64,000 nucleotides of DNA from Phyllobates terribilis (Eukaryota). This document shows positions 13,826 through 23,822 of the stretch, piece after piece. The DNA lies in contig NW_027362773.1 in assembly GCF_046119375.1 (NCBI RefSeq), positions 212,040,001-212,104,000 on the forward strand, in the 5' to 3' direction. Positions within the stretch are counted from its first letter, which is position 1; each line of letters begins with the position of its first letter. Made by a program: the position numbers and the translations under genes. The notes below the pieces were generated by a model, which was given only the letters and a program-made list of their open reading frames with translations, ran no database searches and had not been told where the DNA came from.

Positions 13826-15413
13826 GATGTGAGCGGCCGGGGCAGCATCTGAGCGTGGGGATTAGGTACAGCTCAGCAATCATTAACCCGTCCTGCCCAC
13901 AGCCCCAGCCACGATAAGGGATGGAGGCCAATAGCCCAGGAGGAGAAATCAGCTCGAGGGTCCACACAAAAAACTGCTCTTACATCATTGCTATACTCTA
14001 GTCACATCCAAAGCTGCATTCACATTAGGCTTTTCAGTTTTTTTGCATAATTTTGCACCCGAAGGAAAAGCAAAAAATATAAACCCACAAATGAGTGACT
14101 CCTGGACAATAAACTGGAGGTTTATTCATCAACACAAAACTATTAAATATTTTGAACACAACTATCAAGAGTGAAAAGATAAAACTTCTGAGTGTTGAGT
14201 GAGGGGAAACGGAGGGCGATCAATCACAGCTTTATATATCCAGGGGGCTCAGGGGTAGATGCTTAAAGGGGTTGTCTGGATACACCATATTAATGATCGG
14301 TGGGAGTCTGACACCCTCAGCGTGGGTAGCAGAGCTACAATTCAGTGAGTAGTGGTCGCTGACAGGTGCTGCAGAGCGGCTCCTATTCTTTCTTCAGCTG
14401 TTCTGCAGAACCTGGACCGCTTAGTAGATCCATTCAAAGTGTTTTCATCCAGCAGCCACCAGAGCTTGCAGCAGCTGATCGCTGGACGTGCTGGGTGTCA
14501 AATCCCCACCACTATTCTATGCATAGATCATCAATATGGGTGTAAGCAGATCACCCTTTTAAAGGGTAGAATTATCATCAATCCTTTTTTACTTAAATGG
14601 CTAAAAAAAATGCACAGTTTGTCTTTCATGATCTCCATATTGCACTGTTTGTTGATGGCTATGGGATGAGTTAACTTAGAAACTGTTAGTGAGCTCTTTC
14701 GGATAGGAGAGTTTAACTCCTTATCTTCCTCCTTTCAGCTGATTTCTGACCATAAGGTTCAGATCAACTTTCATCTTGTGATCATAAATAGGCTGAAAAG
14801 AGCTCAAAAGGAGGAAGAGGAGTCTAGGTAGACATTGTGTCTGTGCACGTAGCCCACAGTATACATCAGGAGCTTTCTCCATTTACCAAGCATTCTTACT
14901 GCCACTGTCTGGTAGATTTGTGCTTGTACACTGTTTGCTTTAGTGCACAAGACTGTGCCATCCGATACAGAGGACCACAGCAAAAAGACATAAAACATGT
15001 GGTATACTTTGGTTTTTTTAGCGCGGTCCCCATGATGGACATCCACTCAAGATTGTGGACACAGTCTGGCACATACCTGCTGACAGTTGGCACAGACCTA
15101 GCTTAAGCGCAAAGAGCTCACTGATGGATTCTCAGTTCACTCATTCTGCAGTCAGCAATGAACCAATTGCAAAAATTATTTTTAGCCAAAACTACTTGCA
15201 CTTATGTGTTAAAAAAACGTCTCCAAAGATGGACATATCCTTTAATTCTGCCTTGGAAACATTTCACCTGGAGGAGCAGAATGAGGCTTTACAGCATTAT
15301 TGGAGAGGGGAGCAGGGTATAACAAAACATGGTATGGACAGAGCGACACGGCCAACGGTGACCCCTCAGACGGACAGGGTGGAGAAGAATCAGTCCTGGG
15401 ATTTGTACGGCTC

Positions 15414-15439
15414 CATCATCATCATCATCATCATCATCA
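15414..15439. repeat. (CAT)n microsatellite in probable TERF2 3' UTR
   Basis: Eight perfect CAT units plus CA, about 190 nt beyond the TERF2 stop. Confidence 0.9.
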
Positions 15440-15622
15440 CTGACTACGGCACGTAACGTGGATCTCCAGTGGACGGTGGCTCCGCCGCTCCGGATGATAC
15501 AGACATGTGTCCTGCACACAAAGACCAAAGTCTCCCAGAGACGATATATACTGTGGATATTTACAGGAGACGGCTCAGAGAGGTGAAGATGGTGCCAATC
15601 ACGTCCCCCCCGGCGTCGGCCT

Positions 15623-15781
15623 TCACACCAGAGCCAGCTTCTTCATCGTCCTCCACCGGTCCTTTATCATGATGGACGTGCGGTTCTTGAAAGGATATTT
15701 ATTCAGAATTTTCATCCAGTTGCCCTCCCCATACATTTCTACGCCCAACTTGATCCATTCGGTTTCTTCTTTTGACCATTT
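15623..15781 (-). CDS. TERF2: TERF2 coding exon 10 (Myb/telobox)
   Basis: [52 protein letters not shown]; acceptor TTATTGCAG. Confidence 0.95.
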   Translation of the reverse strand, partial: KWSKEETEWIKLGVEMYGEGNWMKILNKYPFKNRTSIMIKDRWRTMKKLALV

Positions 15782-18700
15782 CTGCAATAACACAAAAAAA
15801 AAAGTGCATGCTGGGAGTTGTAGTGCTGCAGGAGGCCGACCCCTGCTGTAGGGGATTCAGCTCGCACCATGTGCTGACCCTGAGCAATAACCAACCTGTA
15901 ATATGGGAGTCGGCACATGGCCGCCCGCTCGCTCGCTCTGGCAATCTATGACAATCCTGACTGCGTGCACATTGCACACAGTCAGGATTTTCCAATCTGC
16001 AGTTACACACAGCGACTGCACAGATTTTTCTCCCACCCAAAAAACCCTTTACCCATTTCATGTTTTCCTCCCCTTCTTCCAAGAGCCATAACCTTTTTAT
16101 TTTCCCATCCACATAGCCGTATGAGGGCTTGTTTTTTGCGGAACGAGTTGTACTTTTGAATTACACCGTTCATTTTATCATGTGAAGCACTGGAAAGTGG
16201 GGAAAAAAATCCAAACTACATTGAAATTGCAAAAAAAAAGTGCAATTTTACAATAGTTTTTAGGGTTTTTATTTACCATGTTCACTATATGGTAAAACTG
16301 ACCATGGAATATGATTCCCCAGGTCAATATGAGTTCGCAGACACCAAACATGCATTGTTTATATATTTTTAATTTAAATGGTGAAAACAAAAAAATTCAG
16401 AAATTTGAAAAAAAAAAAAAAAAAAAAAAAAAACACAACTTTGCGTTAACATTTTCCGGGACCTGTAACGTTTTCCTTTTTCAGGATCTGGGGCTGGGTG
16501 AGGGCTCATTTTCTGCGCCCCGAGCTGATGTTTTTACCGATACCAATTTGGGCTAGATAAGATTTCTTGGCGGCAAAAAAACCCCCAAAAAACGTAATTC
16601 TGGAATATAGATTTTTTTTCTCATCGATCGCATTAATTTTATTTAATATTTTGATAGATCAGACTTTTTAAGGACGCAGTGCTAAAAAAAATAATTAAAT
16701 GGCAAGTATTTGTATTTTATTTTTAATGGGGCAATTTGAACGGGTGTGTATTTTTAAAAACATTTTTTTCTCACTTTTCACTGTATTTAATAGTCCCCTT
16801 AGGGGACTTGAAGCTGTGATCGTCCGATCGCTTGTGCTATACATAACAGGGCATCAGCACTGCTATGTATAGAGAAAATCACCATCTTCTATGAACGTCG
16901 GCTACAGGCCAGCCTTCACAGGAGGATTGTAATGACAGGCACGGGAGTCATCAGCTGTCAGTAAGGAGCTAAAATATGAGCTGTCACTTTAAGTGGCCAT
17001 TAGTGCATGAATCTCTTTAATTGTTCTATATGCAATTTCCTATCATAAGTGTACACATCACATCTTCAGATTTTATATCCAGCGGCACCTTAGACATAAG
17101 GGAGGACCCCGCAGCGCGGCGGCCATCTTACCTTCTTTTTACTAAAGCCGATTGCACAGTTCACAGATCCTGCAAAAAAAAAAAAAAAAGTTTCTCACTA
17201 GTGACGGAGAGGATTTTTTCTGTCAAGTTTACTGGAACATCTACTTATTTAAAGGGGATGTCCAGATATGATATCAAGTTTATTAACCCCTTCATGACAC
17301 ATGTCCGTTTTTGCCTCCCCTTCTTCCCAGAGCCAAAACTTTTTTTTATTTTTCTGTCCACATAGACATATGAGGGCTTATTTTTTTGTGGGACGAGTTG
17401 TACCTTTGAATGACACCGTTCATTTTATCACATAGTCAACTGGAAAAAAATCAAGTGGGGAGAATATTGCGAAAAAAAAGCTACTTTTTTTCTGGGGGGT
17501 GGATTGTCTTTACGGTGTACATTGTGTGGTATAACTGACCTCGCAGTAGAATTCTCCTCATCAGTACGATTATGGAGATACCAAACATGTCCAATTTATT
17601 CAATTATTTTTGTGGTGCAAAAAATGTTTTGGGTTGTTTTGTGTCACCATCTTCCAAGACCTGTTACGTTTTTATTCTTCAGTCGATGGAGCTGTGTGAC
17701 GGCTTATTTTTGAGGGGCGAGACAACGTTTTTATTGATGTCATTTTGGGATGGATGTGACTTTTTGATCGCTTGTTACAGCATTATTTTGGTATTGCAAT
17801 GACAAAAAAAAACCACTATTTTTGCATTCTTTAATTTTTTAGCATTTACCGATAGATTTATGAAAATATAAAAATAACCCTGACTTTTCTGAATGCGGCG
17901 ATTCCACATATATGTATTTTTTTATTATTATCATTTTTAATGGGGGGAAAAAGGGCATGATTTCAACTTATGGGGGGGGGGGTCAGATTTTTTTTTTTAA
18001 AACTTATTTTTTTTTTTACTTTTCATTTTGCTTAGGGGACTTGAAGCTGCGAAGTTTACTCTGACTGAGGAGCAGACGGCACTTACTGCTCCTGAGAAAC
18101 AGCTCGTCCTCGTCGCTCCAGGTGTCCTGCTCTTCCGCTGGACTCACCTTGTCCGAGGCCTGATCGTCAGCTCTGCAGGGCAAACACAAGAGATCACTGG
18201 AGAGCCGGCCTCTAATGCTGCACTCATGTAGCTGAGAGCATGTATATGCCGAACTTAAAGGGGATGTCCAGTGAATTCGGAAGGGTGATAACATAATTGG
18301 TGGGGGTCCAGCCACTGGGAACAGGGCACTTTTATCCCCTTCACAATGTACATGTACGACCGCCATCGGTCTCTGCACACCCAGCCTCTAGCGTTAAAGC
18401 GTCAGCTCTTGTGACGGCTGCAGCTGGTGAGCAGTTATGTGCCATCATGGGGGCTAGGAGGGAGGACAGAGACCGGCGAGGGCAGCAGGAAAGCATTGCA
18501 CAACATGGGGTCCTGGAGGATAGAAACTGGCGGGGGAAGCAGGAAAGCATCGGCACAACATGGAGGCCGAGAGGACAGAAACTGGCGGGCGAAGCAGGAA
18601 AGCATCGGCACAGGAGCTCCAGGAGGATATTTGGAAAAAAAGAAAGGCTATTCCGCCAATACAGCGTTCAATGTGCGGGAACCTGATTTTTCAGAGCATA

Positions 18701-21700
18701 AAATAACTACGGTGATACCAAACTTGTAGTAAAAAAGATATATAAAAAATGTTTTCAATATGTATTTTAATAGTTTTAAAAATTCAGAACTTTGTTAAAA
18801 AAAAAGTGAAATGATTGATCTCCTCTGAAGGAACATGATGGAGGCGACGTGGGCCTTCAGTGGCCGGCTCCATACCCACGCAGGTCCTGACGTACCGTCC
18901 ATATGTGGAATGGGGTTTTCTGGTAAAAACTAGTTCTGGGGTCCGACCGCTGGGTCATGAGGATCGGAAGGTCAGACCCATCCGCTTTCTATGGTTCTGC
19001 GGGAAAAAGCAGAGCGCAGCACTCAGCAGCCCTATAGGGAACGGATGACGCGGCAGTCGAGTGCGTGCTCTGCCGCTCTAATATAGCGGGGGATAAAAGT
19101 GCCCCGTTCTGCAAAGCTTTCTTTTAGCCCCCAGACTGGTCAGGTTCTCTGTAAATCTACCAGGCCCGGCAGGTAATAAGTCGTGTTAAGTGCTTACAAG
19201 ATTTTCCTCCTCTTGCTTGTGACAGTCGGGCTGAATAGTCTGCGGACAGACTCGTTGCTGCGCTTCGGCCGCTGGGGCTCCTCCTCGCTGACGGTCTCCC
19301 CTTTATCTTCCTCTTCTTCGTTTTCCTGCTGACTGTCCTGTTCCATCACCAACTGGTGGAGAGACACCAAAGACCCCCTTTGTCCCATCTCCCACGTGAT
19401 GGACGCCTCCTCTCTGGGGGAGCAAGCACGGGGGCTCTTACTGGTTTTAGCAGAGACCCTTTGTAGACAGGCATCTTCCCTACAGAAGTCTGTCTCACAC
19501 AGGTCTCCGAATATTACATCGGGATTGTCATCTTGACAGAGTAATAAGAACTTAGATCTTATGGCAGACAGGCTGCACGAGGGACCACGGTCTACTTCTG
19601 ACCTGGAGGGACGAGAAGGACATAGATCTCATCAATCCCCATTTCTGTGTGGAGTCCGCCTCATTACAGAAGGAGAGGACCTCAACCAAACCTGGCTGCT
19701 TTCTTCTGTCCATCAGTTAAGGGGCTGCAATACCACGCACCACCTGTAGACAAGGGTGGCGCTGTCTATTATAGAAAGCAGCCATGTTTTTCAACCCCCT
19801 TAACTATATAGGAACTCACTGAGAAGAGCTCACCCTTGATCTTAAAGGCTTTGAGGGAGATTAACCCATTCCTACACATTATGTGCTTCAGGGTTATTCC
19901 AGCAGTGTACGTACCCCGCTCCTTTTTCTTGACTCATGCCTTCTTTGCTCTGTGATGCTGCAGTCAGACCTTCGGGTGCGGGGGTCTTCTCGTCCTCAGG
20001 AGACGTGTTTCCCAAGCTCAGCTCTCGCTGCGACTCCGGGTTGGGGGCTTCTTTGGACTCTTCATTCAGCTCTGCAAAATCTTTTTGTGCAAGCTTTAAA
20101 AAAAAAAAAAAAAAAAAAACAAGAACAGATTAGGTAGGAGAAGTCGGGATAATTCTATCTGTAGGTTGGTGGTCAGAACGACCTCCAGTACCCCCACAAG
20201 TCCTGAGAAATAAAGGGCCGGAGCAGCTAAAGGGCCGGAGCAGCTAAAGGGCCGGAGCAGCTACAAAAAACCTGAAGGCGGCACGGTGTTAAATGGGCGA
20301 TCCTGCTTAGTCGTTCTCAGGATCGGTGGGATTCAGGAGGATTAACCTCTCGCTGATCACAAAGTGACGACCCGCCGACAATCAGCCATTACTTACGGTC
20401 AGTAAGAAGGAGGGGATGCTCTGAATCTTGCTCTTGAACATATCATAAACCTTCTCTTTGATTGTAGACAAGGAATAATTTGCAATCAGTGGATGCTTCA
20501 CGTTCCTCTCCTGGATGATGTGCAGCAGATCTGCCTGCAGTTGCTGGAAGGAGACAGAGATTATCCTAAAATCTGCGCAACCGAGATGTCGAAAAGTGAC
20601 TGATGCCAGAAGCAACACTCGGTCAATTTATGTACATGGCCCTTAAAGAGGCGGCTCCAGACAGATCCCCTCCTGAAGCCTCGGGGTAAGGGGCGCGGGT
20701 TGACGGCTGATACTCACTCTGGTATTTTTGCTGTTACTAATGTACTTCTTCAAGATGTTCCTGGCTCTGCCAAACCGCTGCTTCTGTATACAGACGACCA
20801 CTGCCTGGAAGAGAAAGGACGATGCAACAACACTGAGCTACAGGACATGTGTCCATCCTTTGCGGGTCCGGAGCCTTTAGGGGCCAAAACTTTCTAGGTC
20901 CTACAACCGAGCAGGAGGTCGGTGCTGTAAGAAGTAGAAGACAGAAGCTGTTTATAAATGCTCCCGTCTTCTCTGACTAAGGCCTTGTGCACACGACCGA
21001 TTTTCTAGAACAAGTGCTAGGCTCCCCCCTGCGGGCCAGGCTCGGTAAATAGGTGATAAAGGGGTTCTCCAAAGAAAACAAGTTAAGTCACTGTAAGACA
21101 ATACCCCTTACCGCCTCTTTCAGCATTTGCTTGTTGGCATTGATGAGATCCGCAGGGAACCACCTGTTTATCGTGTCTATGACTTCAACAGCTGATTCCA
21201 GCGGCGAATCCTTTTTGTCTTCATCAAACGTACAGTCTGAGGATACAGAAATAATCATTGCTTTATAGAAGGAGGATGGCGAGCGATTCTCACCAGAACG
21301 TACCGGGTCCGCGGCAAATCAAAGCTGCAGAAAGTTATCTCCTGCGCGGAGAAAGAAAGGTAAGGGACAAGGAAAGTGGGAGACTGAAAGGTGAGGAGCG
21401 GCGGCCGCCTTATATTCCCGCTCTACTTACCGAGATCATCCCCTTCCTCCACACAGGAGAGGAGCTGCATGATACGTAGAAGTTGGGAGTTCTTCTCCGC
21501 ACATTTTAAACGTCGCTGGATTAAAACTATAAAAAAAAAAAAGGGATGAAATAAGGAGACAGGAATGGCCGACAGCTGCAATTCTGGGACAGAAGTGCGA
21601 TCGACGACATTTATGGGATTTGGCAATAGTGCAACAGCTGATCGCAAAGAGGACGCAGGCGACAGAGCGAAGCAAACGGTGCGAAAGTTGTAATGAAACC

Positions 21701-23181
21701 CAAGAGCAAAAATTATTTTTAGCCCCAACTACATGCACTTAAGAAAAAACAAAAATGGCCCCAAAAGGAACAACCCCTTTAATTATAGTGGCGGAAAAAG
21801 GGAGCAAAGCATTATTGGAAATGTAGTTCAGAGCAGATAAATCAGTCACTGTAAATATATTCTCTATATCAGTTCTTGGAAAAACTGATGGCTGCATAGT
21901 AGGTGCCGATACCCGGGCAAGTACCAGGGCCCGTTATGCCCAGATTTGTAACATCCGTCATTCCAGTGCATAACATACGCGCTGCATGTATGGAGCAGCG
22001 TCATACAGACGGCGCCCGAGGCTAACCGCAGCAATCGGAGAACTGTAACCCCTTAGGTGCCACAGTGAAACAACACCAGCGCACTTAAGGGGTTGGAAAC
22101 AGAGGAAAGTGTCTATCGACTTCCTCGCAACATGATTCAGGGAAGCCAATTATCGTTACTGCCAGTGGTTTAATGAAAACCACATGGGTCTGCCATGTTT
22201 GTACACCTAAGATTGGTAATTTTACAATACTCTGATAAAAAAAATATTTATTTTTGAAGTCTAAAAAAAAAAAATTTCACACCTCTCACCATCGGTTCCA
22301 AGAACATAAAAATAGTTGTGTCAACTGCTGGCGTTTTCAGTAAATAACATTGGTAACACAACTGTGTAAAGTGCGCCACCTGCTGGCGTTTTCAGTAAAT
22401 AACATTGGTAACACAACTGTGTAAGGTGCACCACCTGCTGGCGTTTTCAGTAAATAACATTGGTAACACAACTGTGTAAGGTGCGCCACCTGCTGGCGGT
22501 TTCCAGTAAATAACATTGGTAACACAACTGTGTAAGGTGCGCCACCTGCTGGCGTTTTCAGTAAATAACATTGGTAACACAACTGTGTAAAGTGCGCCAC
22601 CTGCTGGCGGTTTCCAGTAAATAACATTGGTAACACAACTGTGTAAAGTGTGCCACCTGCTGGCGTTTTCCAGTAAATAACATTGGTAAAACAACCGTGT
22701 AAAGTGCGCCACCTGCTGGCGTTTTCCAGTAAATAACATTGGTAAAACAACCGTGTAAAGTGCGCCACCTTGCTGGCATTTTCCAGTAAATAACATTGGT
22801 AAAACAACCGTGTAAAGTGCGCCACCTGCTGGCGTTTTTCTGTAAATAACATTGGTAAAACAATCCTGTAAAGTGCGCCACCTGCTGGCATTTTTCAGTA
22901 AATAACCGATTGATAAAACAATCCATTAAACAGTGCGCCACCTGCTGGCACCTTTCAGTAAATAAATAACATATCCTGTAATAGTGCGCCACCTGCTGGG
23001 CGCCTTCCTGTACAGCTGTCAACCGCTCCTTACTCGACACGATGTCCCGGATCTGGGCGAAGTCCTCCTTTCGGCAGTTTTTGAAGGCGTCCACGTAAAG
23101 ATGGAAAAAGTATTCCAGCACCCACTGGTTAACCAGGGGCTCCAGCTTCAGAAGGCTGCCGTCCTCGGCGCTCAACTCCAT
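15623..23181 (-). CDS. TERF2: Telomeric repeat-binding factor 2, 10 coding exons, 489 aa
   Basis: join complement(23034..23181,21431..21526,21112..21236,20718..20804,20397..20543,19915..20093,19198..19602,18087..18172,17132..17169,15623..15781) = 1470 nt, all in phase. TRFH domain ([39 protein letters not shown]), RAP1-binding-like [15 protein letters not shown]2-binding-like [20 protein letters not shown], telobox Myb domain [22 protein letters not shown]...[17 protein letters not shown]. Confidence 0.95.
16068..16816 (+). mobile_element. Non-autonomous TTAA-type (piggyBac-like) repeat, copy A, in TERF2 intron 9
   Basis: Aligns by eye with 17316-18049 (CTCCCCTTCTTCC...ATGAGGGCTT...GACGAGTTGTAC...TTAGGGGACTTGAAGCTG). 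Ends not resolved. Confidence 0.6.
17132..17169 (-). CDS. TERF2: TERF2 coding exon 9 (38 nt)
   Basis: [12 protein letters not shown]; poly-T GCAG acceptor, AAG|GTAAGA donor; restores frame between exons 8 and 10. Confidence 0.85.
17287..18049 (+). mobile_element. Same repeat family, copy B, in TERF2 intron 8, truncated at right
   Basis: Begins TTAA|CCCCTTCATGAC; homology to copy A stops about 35 nt from the exon 8 donor. Confidence 0.6.
18087..18172 (-). CDS. TERF2: TERF2 coding exon 8
   Basis: [28 protein letters not shown]; 86 nt; A|GTAAGT donor. Confidence 0.87.
18462..18614. repeat. About 55-bp degenerate tandem repeat, 3 copies, TERF2 intron 7
   Basis: GAGGA(C/T)AGA(G/A)AC(C/T)GGCG...AGCAGGAAAGCAT repeated three times. 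Confidence 0.75.
19198..19602 (-). CDS. TERF2: TERF2 coding exon 7 (RAP1- and TIN2-binding-like motifs)
   Basis: [39 protein letters not shown]...[12 protein letters not shown]...SKRRKI; acceptor CCCTCCAG, donor TT|GTAAGC; 405 nt open. Confidence 0.88.
19915..20093 (-). CDS. TERF2: TERF2 coding exon 6 (hinge)
   Basis: [19 protein letters not shown]...QEKGA; poly-T AAAG acceptor; GG|GTACGT donor chosen because it matches the phase of exon 7; 179 nt. Confidence 0.8.
20211..20263. repeat. 17-bp tandem repeat, 3 copies, TERF2 intron 5
   Basis: TAAAGGGCCGGAGCAGC x3. Confidence 0.9.
20397..20543 (-). CDS. TERF2: TERF2 coding exon 5
   Basis: [24 protein letters not shown]...PSFLLT; 147 nt; ACC|GTAAGT donor. 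Confidence 0.9.
20718..20804 (-). CDS. TERF2: TERF2 coding exon 4
   Basis: [29 protein letters not shown]; 87 nt; AGA|GTGAGT donor. Confidence 0.9.
21112..21236 (-). CDS. TERF2: TERF2 coding exon 3
   Basis: [41 protein letters not shown]; 125 nt; GCG|GTAAGG donor. Confidence 0.9.
21431..21526 (-). CDS. TERF2: TERF2 coding exon 2
   Basis: [31 protein letters not shown]; poly-T ATAG acceptor, G|GTAAGT donor; 96 nt. Confidence 0.9.
22325..22999 (-). repeat. 55-56 bp minisatellite, 12 copies, each with a CTCF-core-like motif
   Basis: Unit CACCTGCTGGCGTTTTCAGTAAATAACATTGGTAACACAACTGTGTAAAGTGCGC; minus strand reads CCAGCAGGTGGCGC once per unit. Confidence 0.95.
23034..23181 (-). CDS. TERF2: TERF2 coding exon 1 (MELSAEDG...IRDIVS)
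   Basis: ATG 23181; donor A|GTAAGG; 148 nt. Confidence 0.9.
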
Positions 23182-23678
23182 ACTGCACCCGATTACAAAA
23201 AAAAATAAATAAATAATAATAATTCAGCCGCGAAATGGCCCCACTTCCGGTGATGCTGTCATGTGACCTGGAAGTTGACGACGGCCATGATGGAAAGGGC
23301 GGAAATAGACATTTATTTTTATTATTATTTTTTCTTTTTTTCTTAACATGTAGCGACCTTGCACATACTGAGGTGCAGACAGTATATATATTGGAGATAC
23401 ACTTTGACACAGGTTTCTGTGCCCACATCAAACATGGCTACCGTGAGCTCCACGCTTTTTTTTTCTAGTTTATACGCATATTTTAATTGGTTGGTAGGCT
23501 GAAGGAACCGGCGCTAGTGATAGGATAGTTGTTTTGCAAGTGTCCCGCCTTCTTGAAGGTGATTGGTTGTCACCTTGGAGACCTCACCTGTGTCCACGAG
23601 CCGAGTGTGAGGCGTCGCTGTTACGGAAGCCGGGAGCAGTCATAGCACCAGTTACGTAACGCGTTTTACACACCGGCG
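23182..23678. promoter_or_regulatory. Bidirectional promoter region TERF2/CYB5B
   Basis: 497 nt between divergent ATGs; ETS/GABPA-type ACTTCCGG 23243-23250, GGAAGT 23270-23275, ATTGG 23486-23490 and 23562-23566, perfect palindrome GTTACGTAAC 23651-23660, CpG-rich. Confidence 0.8.
23588..23643 (-). CDS. TERF2: Candidate upstream TERF2 exon (MTAPGFRNSDASHSARGHS), or non-coding first exon
   Basis: Donor CAG|GTGAGG at 23588/23587; acceptor T-rich...GTGCAG|T ATG at 23183/23182; splicing puts ATG 23643 in frame with ATG 23181. No transcript evidence. Confidence 0.45.
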
Positions 23679-23822
23679 ATGGCGAACGGTGAAGGCGGCT
23701 CCAGCCAGGAGTCTGAGGTGACTTACTACAGCCTGGAAGATGTGAGGAAAAGGAACAGCGCGAAGGAGCTGTGGCTGGTGATCCACGGCCGGGTGTACGA
23801 TATCACACGCTTTGTGGAAGAG
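23679..23822 (+). CDS. CYB5B: CYB5B exon 1
   Basis: MANGEGG...[33 protein letters not shown]; GAG|GTGGGT donor. Confidence 0.95.

Noticed and set aside
14121-14238. Minus-strand TATATAAA (14238-14231) and AATAAA (14126-14121) as TMED6 TATA box or TERF2 poly(A) signal
   Set aside because: The pair 105 nt apart fits a retroelement terminal repeat remnant equally well; cannot be assigned.
15807-15826. ZNF143-like CATGCTGGGAGTTGTAGT near TERF2 exon 10
   Set aside because: Non-promoter context at the edge of repeat sequence; likely repeat-derived.
22325-22999. CRISPR-like appearance of regularly spaced conserved motif
   Set aside because: Spacers are copies of each other, not unique; eukaryotic intron; no cas genes.
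22337-23033. ORFs 22337..22891, 22392..22796 and the tail of 22558..23181
   Set aside because: Translations of the 55-bp repeat beyond the TERF2 exon donor at 23034.
15623-23181. Telomeric TTAGGG arrays within TERF2 (possible autoregulation)
   Set aside because: Only isolated single hexamers (about 16261, 16799, 18032), two of them inside a repeat.
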